Assembly: GCA_964484805.1 (NCBI GenBank)
Contig: CAZAGU010000009.1
Location: 1-37,369, forward strand
Reading direction: 5' to 3'
DNA length: 37,369 nucleotides
Source of the DNA: an uncultured bacterium
GTDB lineage: Bacteria; Electryoneota; AABM5-125-24; Hatepunaeales; Hatepunaeaceae
A program made the translations under genes and the position numbers. Each line of letters begins with the position of its first letter. Position 1 is the stretch's first letter. This document shows, one piece after another, positions 28,467 to 37,005 of the stretch. A model generated the notes under the pieces. It was given only the letters and a program-made list of their open reading frames with translations, had not been told where the DNA came from and did not search any database.

Positions 28467-30173
28467 TTGTTAATTAAAAGAAAAGCTCAATGCTCTGACA
28501 ATGCTTCAAAGGACTTTGAAAAAATTGGTGAAATGACAGAAAAACAAAACCATATACATCTGATTGACTCAAATGCCGAACGATTTGAGACAGTCAGAAC
28601 TCTGTTGCTTTCATTCAATGTTCAGGCTTGGCATACCGAAGATGATTTCCTAAGGGATTCTGATGAGCTATGCTTAACCGTTTGGATGTGTCAGGAAGCA
28701 TCAGAGGCAACGCCAGAAAACCTGGGTCGAATGAACCCAGAAATCCCTCTTCTTGTCATCTTGTCAGACCCAAAGCGAATGGCTTCGTTGTTCAATCAAC
28801 TTGTGGAATCTGGCTTCAAGGAATACTTGCTGGACATTTTTCCTGCAATAGCACCACTTTCTCACATAGAATCGGCTAACTTGATTATGCAGGTGGTCGA
28901 AAAGCGACATGCTCAGACGGAATTGGATAAGCTCAAAGTTGAAATGGGCAACCTCCGAGCACAGACCAATCATTTCAATGACAGCATCAGACTGGGTATT
29001 GTACTCCACGACAAACAGGGATTGATTGTTTACGTCAATAATTTGGCAGCTAGAATATTCAAGCGACCGCCGGGTGAAATGCTGAATAAAACCCTGGTTG
29101 ACCCGATTTTTATGCCGCAGTATGCCGATGGATCGCTGGTCTCTCAAGCCAACCATCCATCTCATATTGCAGTAAGCGAGCGAATTGCGCAGAGGGGAAG
29201 CGCCTTTATCATGCTGGATGCCACTGGCGAGAAAAAATGGGTCGAGCTCAGAGCATTTCCACTGCCAGGGTATGGTAATAATAATAAAATTGTCGCCTGC
29301 ACCACGCTCAGGGATGTCAATGAGGTTAAGCGAGTCGAGAAAGAGCACAAGTCCTTTGTCAGAGATCGTTTGGATGCAGAGCGAAAGATGAGTGAATCGT
29401 TGCAACTATCTGAAGAGGCGGCGCGGCTGGCATCATTAGGTGTGATGGCGGCGGGTTTCACCCATGAGCTTAACCAACCACTCAATGCCATTCAGGTTCA
29501 TGCCGACACTGCGCTCTACCTTCAGCAGATCGGCAGGGTTAACCTTCCCGAATCCATTACCAACATCTTCAAGGGCATTCTTGAAGGTTCTAAGCGCATT
29601 GATGGCATCATCAAACATGTGCGTTCCTACTGGTCATCGCCTCAGTCGCAACCATTGCGAGTGCTTGATCTGAATGAATCAATCCGGAGTGCGTTGACTT
29701 TGACCGCAAGGAAGGTGCTGTCGCATTCAATAAAAATGGATTTGAACTTCACTGAGGAAGCATTGCCGATTTTGGCAAATGTTGCTCAACTGGAGCAGAT
29801 TGTCATTAACCTTCTAAATAATGCGGTCTATTCACTGGATCAGGTCGAATCTGAGGACAAACAGATATTAATTTCCACAGGCATTACAAGCGAACTCGGC
29901 ACAGCAAAGAAAATTATAGCGAATCATCCTGTGTCTGCCTATTTTCAAGTCGAAGATAATGGGATTGGCTTGCCGACAACAGATCTGACTGCATTGTTTG
30001 ATCCATTCAGGCATAAAGATCACACGGATGATAAGGCTGGGTTGGGATTGGCGATTGTGAACATGTTTGTTGGATATTTCAATGGCGCTATTCATGCCGA
30101 AAATAACCCAGATGGCGGCGCAACCTTCAGAGTCGCATTTCCGCTGGTAATCGGAAACATTACAGAGAAATAA
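28467..30173 (+). CDS. Soluble sensor histidine kinase (PilS/NtrB-like): N-terminal pseudo-receiver, PAS, HisKA, HATPase_c.
   Basis: PAS region (IVLHDKQGLIVYVNNLAARIF...). H-box MAAGFTHELNQPLNAIQ. N-box LLNNAVYSL. G-boxes EDNGIGL and GLGLAIV. No TM segments. Alternative start at 28533 (GGTGA RBS). Confidence 0.8.
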   Translation: MLIKRKAQCSDNASKDFEKIGEMTEKQNHIHLIDSNAERFETVRTLLLSFNVQAWHTEDDFLRDSDELCLTVWMCQEASEATPENLGRMNPEIPLLVILSDPKRMASLFNQLVESGFKEYLLDIFPAIAPLSHIESANLIMQVVEKRHAQTELDKLKVEMGNLRAQTNHFNDSIRLGIVLHDKQGLIVYVNNLAARIFKRPPGEMLNKTLVDPIFMPQYADGSLVSQANHPSHIAVSERIAQRGSAFIMLDATGEKKWVELRAFPLPGYGNNNKIVACTTLRDVNEVKRVEKEHKSFVRDRLDAERKMSESLQLSEEAARLASLGVMAAGFTHELNQPLNAIQVHADTALYLQQIGRVNLPESITNIFKGILEGSKRIDGIIKHVRSYWSSPQSQPLRVLDLNESIRSALTLTARKVLSHSIKMDLNFTEEALPILANVAQLEQIVINLLNNAVYSLDQVESEDKQILISTGITSELGTAKKIIANHPVSAYFQVEDNGIGLPTTDLTALFDPFRHKDHTDDKAGLGLAIVNMFVGYFNGAIHAENNPDGGATFRVAFPLVIGNITEK

Positions 30174-31609
30174 TGCAGATATTATTAGTTGACGACGATA
30201 ATTTCGCTCGCGAAGCCATAGCAAATTTCCTCGTAACTGCTCTGGATCATCAGATTGTTCAAGCCGAGAACGGCAAGGATGCCTTAGTGCTATTCGAACA
30301 GGAAGAGTTCCCGATTGTCATCACAGATATTAGAATGCCTGGCATGAGTGGACTGGAACTTCTGAAATCCATTAAGTCAACCCCAAAGGGAAGAGCAAGT
30401 TGTGTCGTTTTAGTTACTGGTTTTTCTGATCTTAATTCGGCCGTGTTTGCTTTGCGAGAAGGTGCCTTTGACTATCTCAGCAAACCAATAGATGTAATGG
30501 AACTTGCGGGAGTAATTAATCGCTGGGAAGCGACGAATTTGAAAATCCATGATGACTCCTTCAATGTAGCTAAAACCATCAAGAAGTCTGTTCATAGCTC
30601 TCTGGCAGATTTTAAACTAGAGAACAGCGTTTTTCGAGAGGTATCTGGAGTAGGAAAAGTGGGGCTGTTTTCAGATGCTTTAAAAACGGCAGTAATTCTG
30701 GCTCTGAGGTTTCATGACGACAGAAATGTTCCTGTTCTGATCGAGGGTGAAACTGGCACCGGTAAGGAGGTGCTTGCCAGAGTTGTTCATCAGGGCAATA
30801 TGACAGAACCACCGCCATTTATTTCGGTGAACTGTTCTGCACTCTCGCCGTCGCTGATTGAAAGCGAGTTGTTTGGATATGAGAGCGGATCATTTACAGG
30901 TGCCAATAGCAAGGGCTCGAAAGGTAAACTGGAACTTGCTCAAGGGAGTACACTTTTCCTCGATGAAATTGGTGAAATGCCAATGGAGCTACAGCCAAAG
31001 TTGCTGCGAGCTTTACAGGAACGAGAGATATATCGAATTGGCGGTCAGAAACCGATCAAACTTGATGTGCGGTTTATTGCTGCCACAAACCGCGATCTGC
31101 TCAAATGTACTCAGGATGGGACATTCAGGAAAGACCTCTACTATCGCTTGAATTTGGGACGGATTTACCTGCCACCACTCAGGGAACAACGCGAGTCAAT
31201 CGTGCCATTGGCACATCTATATTTGATCCAGTTTTCTGCTGAAAAGAAGAGACGTTTCCGCTTTATTGAGAAAGAGGCTATGCGAACTCTGGAAGAGTAC
31301 GACTGGCCAGGTAATGTTCGTGAATTGAGAAATACAATTGAAAGAATCACTGTGTTTTACGATGAGTTTGAGCTTCGGGCTGAGCATCTGGATTTTCTTG
31401 GGCAGTTAGACCAGCCTGCGCCTAAGGATTCCGGTAGCGTTCTCAAGCTCGGTCAGATAGTTTTACCGCCTGATAAACTTAATCTGCAAGATGTCGAGAA
31501 CGAGATTGTTACCAAGGCGATGGAAATGTTCAGCAACAATCAGACCCGTGCCGCAGAATATCTTGGTCTGTCCCGCCATGCACTGCGAACAAGACTTAAT
31601 CGAAACTGA
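30173..31609 (+). CDS. pilR: Sigma-54-dependent response regulator of the NtrC/PilR family (REC, AAA+ sigma-54 activator, HTH).
   Basis: MQILLVDDD...DIRMPGMSGLELL...DYLSKP (receiver). GETGTGKE (Walker A). ESELFGYESGSFTGA (GAFTGA sigma-54 contact motif). GTLFLDEIGEMP (Walker B). C-terminal HTH (TRAAEYLGLSRHALRTRL). Confidence 0.85.
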   Translation: MQILLVDDDNFAREAIANFLVTALDHQIVQAENGKDALVLFEQEEFPIVITDIRMPGMSGLELLKSIKSTPKGRASCVVLVTGFSDLNSAVFALREGAFDYLSKPIDVMELAGVINRWEATNLKIHDDSFNVAKTIKKSVHSSLADFKLENSVFREVSGVGKVGLFSDALKTAVILALRFHDDRNVPVLIEGETGTGKEVLARVVHQGNMTEPPPFISVNCSALSPSLIESELFGYESGSFTGANSKGSKGKLELAQGSTLFLDEIGEMPMELQPKLLRALQEREIYRIGGQKPIKLDVRFIAATNRDLLKCTQDGTFRKDLYYRLNLGRIYLPPLREQRESIVPLAHLYLIQFSAEKKRRFRFIEKEAMRTLEEYDWPGNVRELRNTIERITVFYDEFELRAEHLDFLGQLDQPAPKDSGSVLKLGQIVLPPDKLNLQDVENEIVTKAMEMFSNNQTRAAEYLGLSRHALRTRLNRN

Positions 31610-31645
31610 GCATTTTAAGGTTAGATTTCACACTTTAGAAACGAA

Positions 31646-31683
31646 TCTACCGGCCCAATTCACACACCTGTAACAATTCACAC
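31646..31683 (+). promoter_or_regulatory. Putative enhancer (UAS) for the sigma-54 activator, copy B.
   Basis: TCTACCGGCCCAATTCACACAC-N8-ATTCACAC lies ~220-255 bp upstream of the plus-strand sigma-54 promoter at 31901. It is the reverse complement of copy A and so has the same orientation relative to its promoter. Confidence 0.5.
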
Positions 31684-31900
31684 CCCTTGCTTTGGATTGA
31701 CTTGATTATAAATTGCACTATAATTATTCCTATAAAAATGCCATTGCATAAGTGGCTGTTCTCGCCTGCATTCTAGGACGCAAGAGGACATAAGAACGGA
31801 CTTGCCGGATACTAAACTCAAAACAAACTCCAGACTTCATCCCACTTGTTTCACCTGAATACTAACGCTCAGACAAGACGCATTTGAGAATCTTAACTCT

Positions 31901-31918
31901 CTGGCACAATGGTTGCAA
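31901..31918 (+). promoter_or_regulatory. Sigma-54 (-24/-12) promoter for the receiver / V4R-like / REC-PATAN operon.
   Basis: CTGGCACaatggTTGCAaat is a perfect TGGCAC-N5-TTGCA. It lies ~50 bp upstream of the ATG at 31970. Confidence 0.75.
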
Positions 31919-31969
31919 ATAATTCGGTCAGTCCTTTTCTGCGCCGCAAAGCAACAAGTGAGGTTTCAA

Positions 31970-32377
31970 ATGCGAATTCTACTGATTGACGATCATTCAT
32001 TAGTGCTCAGTAGCATCTCAAATGCGCTTGAACTATTTAACCATCAATGTGATGCCTTTCAAAGCCCCAAAATGGCGCTTGAGATGGTGGATGAAAACCG
32101 CTATGATGTGGCAATAGTTGACTACAGTATGATCGAGATGAATGGTGTGGAGGTTATTAACGTAATCCACGAGAAAGATGCTCAGGTTAAATTGATTTTA
32201 ATGAGTGGGTATGGCGATGTTGCCAGCGAAGTTTTAAGTCAAGGGCAACATGTTCACGCGTTTTTTACCAAACCCCTTAAAATTGTCAATCTTATTGAAA
32301 CGCTTGAACAAATTAATCGGGATAAATACTTTAATTTCGGCGAGCTTAGTTTTCATCATGCTGTGCTTTGTCATTAG
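31970..32377 (+). CDS. Single-domain CheY-like response regulator.
   Basis: MRILLIDDHSLV..., phospho-acceptor Asp in VAIVDYSM, and the conserved Lys in FFTKPL. GTGAGG RBS. The ORF-track start at 31913 is probably too long. Confidence 0.75.
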   Translation: MRILLIDDHSLVLSSISNALELFNHQCDAFQSPKMALEMVDENRYDVAIVDYSMIEMNGVEVINVIHEKDAQVKLILMSGYGDVASEVLSQGQHVHAFFTKPLKIVNLIETLEQINRDKYFNFGELSFHHAVLCH

Positions 32378-32414
32378 TGTTTAGTGAACACAAAAGTATT
32401 AAAGGACTAATCCA

Positions 32415-32963
32415 ATGACATTAGAAATGGAACTTCCACAGCATTTGGATATACAAACCTTCACCGATTATTTAATGAATAATCTGAACAACAGGTCAAA
32501 CCATTACTTTCTTGCGGTTTATACCCAAATTGCTGGTCGCATACCCATGAGTGGCACGGCAAAGATACTGACGGATATTTCCGAAGAAGTCTTTTATTCG
32601 AGTCTGAAAACCTTGATGGAGTCGGATCATGCCAGCACAATTCCCCATCGATTTTACATCGCGGAATTATACTACGCTGCCGTGGGACTCGGGAAGTTAA
32701 AATTCAACCTGGAAAAAAATGAAGGCATATTATCTCACTCGATGCTCGATAACGCTTGGATAAGATTATTCAGCACTTCAACAACGCCGATCAACTTTGT
32801 AACATCGGGCTATATAGCGGCGACTTTTGGACTCGTTTTTGGGAAACCACTGCATAGCTACCGGGTTTCTGAGAAAAAAAGTATTGCCTGTGGTGAATCA
32901 TTTTCGATTTTCAAGATTCAACGAGCGGAAGATGTGATTAAAACCCTCTTGTCTGTGAACTGA
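32415..32963 (+). CDS. Hypothetical protein with a C-terminal V4R-like (4-vinyl reductase / hydrocarbon-binding) domain.
   Basis: The C-terminal region SGYIAATFGLVFGKPLHSYRVSEKKSIACGESFSIFKI resembles the V4R consensus (G...G......E.kC...G...C.F.I), with the second Cys replaced by Ser. The assignment is tentative. Confidence 0.4.
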   Translation: MTLEMELPQHLDIQTFTDYLMNNLNNRSNHYFLAVYTQIAGRIPMSGTAKILTDISEEVFYSSLKTLMESDHASTIPHRFYIAELYYAAVGLGKLKFNLEKNEGILSHSMLDNAWIRLFSTSTTPINFVTSGYIAATFGLVFGKPLHSYRVSEKKSIACGESFSIFKIQRAEDVIKTLLSVN

Positions 32964-33018
32964 TCGTGGATTATCAGGTCAACCTGATTAGGATCAAAAC
33001 GTCAATGGGAAGATTATT

Positions 33019-34899
33019 ATGAAAGAAGGAAACGTGTCAGAGCAAATTGTTGAGCAAAAACAGCCCATAGAAAATGAGCAGACTGCTTCGGCAAATTCAT
33101 CGTCCCAAAGTTTGCTGGATGACGATGGTACAGGACTGCCAAAGGTTCTGATTGTCAATCAACTCAGACCAATTACAGATATGGTGCGCAACTTCTGCCA
33201 GCAATATAGCGAGGAATTCTCTCTCGTTGCTTCAAATCGTCCCGATGGCATTTTGACCACCCTGGAAGAACATCAGGACGTAAAACTGATCGTTACGGAC
33301 TATCGGTTACTGGCTGAGCAGGGTGTGGATATTATAGATCAGGTCAGAGAGGTTTATCCATACATTCATTTCATTTTAATGCCGGGGCATGAGACAGAGG
33401 AGTGTGTTGAAAAAGTAGATGGATTGGGCTTTGTGCGTTCGTTGACTGCGCCATTCGGAATGCCGGAACTTGTTCGCACAATCAGAGAGATACTCCCTTT
33501 GACCGTCAGCCTCACCGACGTTTTAAATCTTGCAATGGCGAGTGGTGGCGGGACTTTGATAAAAATTTCTTGCTCAGAGGGATCGGGTGAAATTGAATTC
33601 GCAAATGGAGAAATCGTACACGCTGAAGTGGGTGAATTAACCGGCGCTGAAGGCTTTTTCAAAATAGCCAGTTGGCAGAATATCGAATTTGATCTTTGCG
33701 ATCCACCCAAGAAACGGGAGCGCACGATCTACCACTCGTTGGATCAACTCTGGGCGGAAGCTTCTCAGAGACGGAACCAGATTGCCGATGAAACAAGCTC
33801 AACACACCGAATCATTTCAGATGAGACCTGCCGATCTGATGCCCATGTTCTTGACGATACAATATCTACTAAAAGGGAAGCTGGAGATTTTAACAAGCCG
33901 TTGCCGACCGGCATGAATGAGGCAATAAATAATTTTGCTGGTTTTACTACGGGTTTTAGCGAAGAATTGCCTGAATCACTTCCTGCTGAGCCGCGACATT
34001 CGACTGGTTCTCCCTGGGACAACCTTTTCATCGAGGACATTGCCAAGCCTTTTGATGTTGAAGACATTCTCTCTGAGGAAGGAACGCTTTTCACAAATGA
34101 AATGCCTGTTTTTGGTGAGCTTGGAATAGAAGACCTCAACGCTGAATCCTGCGTAAATTATTATCAGGATATATTTCCTGCTGGAATAGATGTCTTGAAC
34201 ATCGAAGAGTTACCTTTGCAAAATCTAGAGCCGTTGCTGAAGCGGCATTTAGTTTGCAAACTTCAGTGGAGTGCAAGCTCAATAGTTCATACGGAGAATG
34301 CCCCGTTTAGCCTCGAAAATCCGAGAATTGCCGCGGCGGTTTCAAACTTACAAAATGCTGTGTTTCGGTATTGGCGGTTATCGCGAAGTGATTTCACTGA
34401 GTTGCTCTGGGAAGCGGCTATTTTTCACCTCGCGCGCTCGCTGAATCCTTGCGGAACGGTGGCTGAATACCTGCATAATCACTGTGAAGGCAAGCTAAAC
34501 CGCATGAAGGATTTTCTCAGCATGATGCTGATCCGACAGGTGCTGGAGTCTGAATATCAACCACTTTATCAGATTATATCCGGCTACGAGTCAAAAACAT
34601 ACAGCCGCGCCAGTATTCCAGCCAGCAAGATATCTGAGCAATTCCGCAATTATTTCTCCGAGAATGTCGATGATATTCTGAGCATCGAAATGCCGCTGGC
34701 AATTAAACGCATTCTGGAAATAAACGCCATTGGGAACGACAATCCGCCTCAGTCTATTCAGCAACATATTTTGATCGAAATGCTTCAGAAGCGAGGGCTT
34801 TGGGATGCGGCAGATTACATCCGACAGGTGTTGCCCGAGCCTGACGCTGGGGTCAGTCTGCCAGTTTATCATCAGCTGTTGAGGAATTTTATCCTTTAA
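33019..34899 (+). CDS. Multidomain regulator: atypical receiver, a DUF4388/PATAN domain, and a ~330-aa acidic C-terminal region of unknown function.
   Basis: REC-like region (VLIVNQLRP...KLIVTDYRL, with the conserved Lys replaced in SLTAPF). It is followed by LTDVLNLAMASGGGTLIKISCSEGSGEIEFANGEIVHAEVGELTGAEGFFKIASWQNIEFDL, which matches the DUF4388 pattern (G.L.......GEI.F..G.IVHA...G..G..A......W..G.F.F). Confidence 0.6.
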   Translation: MKEGNVSEQIVEQKQPIENEQTASANSSSQSLLDDDGTGLPKVLIVNQLRPITDMVRNFCQQYSEEFSLVASNRPDGILTTLEEHQDVKLIVTDYRLLAEQGVDIIDQVREVYPYIHFILMPGHETEECVEKVDGLGFVRSLTAPFGMPELVRTIREILPLTVSLTDVLNLAMASGGGTLIKISCSEGSGEIEFANGEIVHAEVGELTGAEGFFKIASWQNIEFDLCDPPKKRERTIYHSLDQLWAEASQRRNQIADETSSTHRIISDETCRSDAHVLDDTISTKREAGDFNKPLPTGMNEAINNFAGFTTGFSEELPESLPAEPRHSTGSPWDNLFIEDIAKPFDVEDILSEEGTLFTNEMPVFGELGIEDLNAESCVNYYQDIFPAGIDVLNIEELPLQNLEPLLKRHLVCKLQWSASSIVHTENAPFSLENPRIAAAVSNLQNAVFRYWRLSRSDFTELLWEAAIFHLARSLNPCGTVAEYLHNHCEGKLNRMKDFLSMMLIRQVLESEYQPLYQIISGYESKTYSRASIPASKISEQFRNYFSENVDDILSIEMPLAIKRILEINAIGNDNPPQSIQQHILIEMLQKRGLWDAADYIRQVLPEPDAGVSLPVYHQLLRNFIL

Positions 34900-34915
34900 C
34901 ATTCTCTGGAAAAAG

Positions 34916-34940
34916 AAACGGGGACGTTGCCGCCCCCGTT
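34916..34940. terminator. Bidirectional intrinsic terminator between convergent genes.
   Basis: AAACGGGG-acgttgccg-CCCCGTTT is flanked by an A-run on the left and TTTGTGGTTTT on the right. Confidence 0.6.
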
Positions 34941-34979
34941 TGTGGTTTTAAACCTGCCTCATCAGTTGCTGATTAACTC

Positions 34980-35327
34980 TTAATGTGCCCGGATTACAAC
35001 GGCAATCTCATCCCAATCTTCACTGTTTTTAACTCCCAATCCATCGGAAACTTTCAAGCGCACTGTGTATGTTCCCGGTGTGATGTAGCTATGGTATGCT
35101 TGCTGACCAATGGCTGTGGACTTATCGCCGAAATCCCAGAAGTAGGTGAGAGGGTCACCATCGGAATCGCTTGACCCACCAGCATTGAAGTAAATCATGT
35201 CGTGAGCACCACCGAAGAATCCTTCCTGATTACCGCCGGCATTGGCAACTGGAGCCGCATTGATGCGAACGATACAATCATCTGAGGCTGAAGCGGTGAG
35301 CGTTCCAGAATCATCACGAACTGTCAA
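34980..35327 (-). CDS. PKD-domain protein fragment. The 5' end is uncertain and it is probably a truncated remnant.
   Basis: AAPVANAGGNQ...GGSSDSDGDPLTYFWDFGDKSTAIGQQAYHSYITPGTYTVRLKVSDGLG is a complete PKD repeat including the WDFGDG-type motif. The ORF has no ATG. The track starts it at TTG 35327. The reading frame stays open antisense through the dehydrogenase N-terminus. Confidence 0.4.
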   Translation of the reverse strand: MTVRDDSGTLTASASDDCIVRINAAPVANAGGNQEGFFGGAHDMIYFNAGGSSDSDGDPLTYFWDFGDKSTAIGQQAYHSYITPGTYTVRLKVSDGLGVKNSEDWDEIAVVIRAH

Positions 35328-35338
35328 CGATACTAAAA

Positions 35339-35672
35339 ATGTGCCGCCGCGAGTGTGTCGTCGGGGTTGTTGGAATGGGCTATGTAGGATTGCCGCTCGC
35401 GCTGGAGTATGCAGAAAAAGGCTTTTCTGTGCTTGGATTTGATATAGATGTGAAAAAAGTCGGAGCGCTCAATTCCGGCGAAACCTACATCAAGCATATC
35501 CCGAAGCACGCAATAAAAGCCGCTGTCGATAGTGGAAAGCTCGTGGCGACGACGGACTTGCAATGGACTTCAGGGTGTGATGCAATACTAATCGCTGTGC
35601 CAACGCCACTGCCTTCACACACTACGCCTGCACCCAAATTCATGGATGCAGGACGCAGAGCGATAGGCCCAG
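35339..35672 (+). pseudogene. Nucleotide-sugar dehydrogenase (UDP-glucose/GDP-mannose dehydrogenase family) N-terminal fragment, interrupted after about 110 aa.
   Basis: VVGVVGMGYVGLPLALEYAEKGFSVLGFDIDVKKVGALNSGETYIKHI...ILIAVPTPL...AIGPGL matches the NAD-binding Rossmann N-domain of the TviB/WbpA/Ugd family (GxGYVGLPLA, VPTP). Similarity stops at ~35672, where the TTTTTACA repeat tract begins. The rest of ORF 35339..36055 is read-through with no similarity. Confidence 0.6.
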
Positions 35673-35675
35673 GGC

Positions 35676-35708
35676 TTACATTTTTACATTTTTACACGGT
35701 TTTTTACA
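35676..35708. repeat. Tandem TTTTTACA repeats (about 4 copies) at the dehydrogenase/insert junction.
   Basis: cTTACATTTTTACATTTTTACAcggTTTTTTACAct. It overlaps the stop codon of the minus-strand 62-aa gene. Confidence 0.6.
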
Positions 35709-35892
35709 CTCTTGCTTTAACTTCATCAAGGAGTACTTCGCAATGTGCCTTTATGTTTGAAGAGTTGGAATGCAAGCCAGCAAGGTATTTATACCCTTCG
35801 GAACCTTCGTCTAAGCTACACATCATGGCATTTACCTCGTCATCAAGCTTTTTAAGCTCTCCAACGATATATTCTAAAAAATCTTTGTCCAT
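35704..35892 (-). CDS. Small hypothetical protein (62 aa) downstream of the PrimPol-like gene.
   Basis: MMDKDFLEYIVGELKKLDDEVNAMMCSLDEGSEGYKYLAGLHSNSSNIKAHCEVLLDEVKARV. AAGGA lies upstream of the ATG. It starts 5 bp after the PrimPol stop. The ORF-track version 35704..36063 is extended upstream into the PrimPol gene. Confidence 0.45.
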   Translation of the reverse strand: MDKDFLEYIVGELKKLDDEVNAMMCSLDEGSEGYKYLAGLHSNSSNIKAHCEVLLDEVKARV

Positions 35893-35896
35893 CATT

Positions 35897-36958
35897 TTAA
35901 TCCTGTCCTTTAACATACTGAACACCAGCTTTGGCATACAAGAACCTAAGAGCACTGTTACGATTAAAACCCCTAAAAGCAACAAGATAGTCCCAAGGCA
36001 AGTACATGGATCCATCTCTGAAAGCATAAACAGTTCCACGGACCCTGCCAAGTGACTGAGCACCGTTCCAAACTCTCATACTGGGATGAAGATCACCCGT
36101 TTCACTTCTAAGATCTTTGCAGTTAACCCATAGTTTACTGTCTGAGTACGCAACTAAACGATCTCCGTAAATCCACCGAGGGTCAACTTTTTCAAGAGCA
36201 TTTTTAATGCTATAATAAGTCCCTTGGTTCAATTTGTCGCAATTTGTAAGAAATTGATTGTTGCTGTCGCCATTTTTTTCTTTAGGAATTTGAGAGTCTA
36301 ATTCCTGACAAGCTCTAAGAAAATCTCCTGCATGGTTGCAGGCAATGAAATTAGGATCGCTGAATTTCTCAATGATCTGCTCTTTTTTCTGATAGCTAAG
36401 AGTATGACAGAAGGGATACCACAAATTCCCTCCGAAATCCCTAGCTGACAATGGGAAGTTGTCAATAGAAACACCAGAGCAAAGCGACTTCGAAGCAGTG
36501 ATGAGCAAAGAAATTGGAACGACACGATCCAATAGAATATAAATGTGAATTCCCTTTCCGGTGTCCGAGGGCAACTCCATGAACTTTATCTTTGCCTTGT
36601 TTGCAAACATGACGAAGGCTTCATAAGCATTTCTGTTGAAATCATCTTTGTGATCATCAAAGTCGAGACAGACAAACCTAAACAAACCATGTGCTTCATT
36701 GAGATACCGCCCGACTTTAATTTCAGCGTTGCGCATTTTACCGCCAACGCTAGAGACCATATCACAGCGAGTGCCTAAAACATGGTATCTCAGATAATCA
36801 AGTGGATTTCCTTCAACTCTGAGATGCACCAAAGATCCATCTCGTTTGAAAATCCTCACTGGGAATGTATCTCTGCGAATTGTTGTCATCTCACAGAACT
36901 CCCCGAAATTATTATAAGCTTGCGCTTTAGCAGTTTTACCTTTAAAAATTACAGTCAT
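35897..36958 (-). CDS. Primase-polymerase (archaeo-eukaryotic primase superfamily, PrimPol/LigD-Pol-like) protein. Likely the replication-initiation protein of an integrated element.
   Basis: Three AEP motifs with canonical spacing: motif I FVCLDFDDH (hhhDhD), motif II ELPSDTGKGIHIYILLD (sGxGxHxY, as in SGSKGLHLYVPL of LigD-Pol), motif III SGVSIDNF (hD). No similarity in the C-terminal ~180 aa. It is preceded by a (GAAAGGAA)x3 leader and iteron-like repeats. Confidence 0.55.
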   Translation of the reverse strand: MTVIFKGKTAKAQAYNNFGEFCEMTTIRRDTFPVRIFKRDGSLVHLRVEGNPLDYLRYHVLGTRCDMVSSVGGKMRNAEIKVGRYLNEAHGLFRFVCLDFDDHKDDFNRNAYEAFVMFANKAKIKFMELPSDTGKGIHIYILLDRVVPISLLITASKSLCSGVSIDNFPLSARDFGGNLWYPFCHTLSYQKKEQIIEKFSDPNFIACNHAGDFLRACQELDSQIPKEKNGDSNNQFLTNCDKLNQGTYYSIKNALEKVDPRWIYGDRLVAYSDSKLWVNCKDLRSETGDLHPSMRVWNGAQSLGRVRGTVYAFRDGSMYLPWDYLVAFRGFNRNSALRFLYAKAGVQYVKGQD

Positions 36959-36964
36959 TCTATT

Positions 36965-36988
36965 TTCCTTTCTTCCTTTCTTCCTTTC
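36965..36988. repeat. (TTCCTTTC)x3 perfect tandem repeat, which reads (GAAAGGAA)x3 on the coding strand. It sits immediately 5' of the PrimPol-like start codon.
   Basis: tattTTCCTTTCTTCCTTTCTTCCTTTCttttacccc. On the minus strand this places three AAGGAA Shine-Dalgarno-like motifs within 35 nt of the ATG. Confidence 0.7.
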
Positions 36989-37005
36989 TTTTACCCCTGC
37001 GCACG

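Noticed and set aside
35673-36055. C-terminal two-thirds of ORF 35339..36055 as part of an intact 238-aa protein
   Set aside because: Dehydrogenase similarity ends at ~35672. The remainder is low-complexity read-through (FLHFYTVFYTLALTSS...) into the inserted element and overlaps two minus-strand genes.
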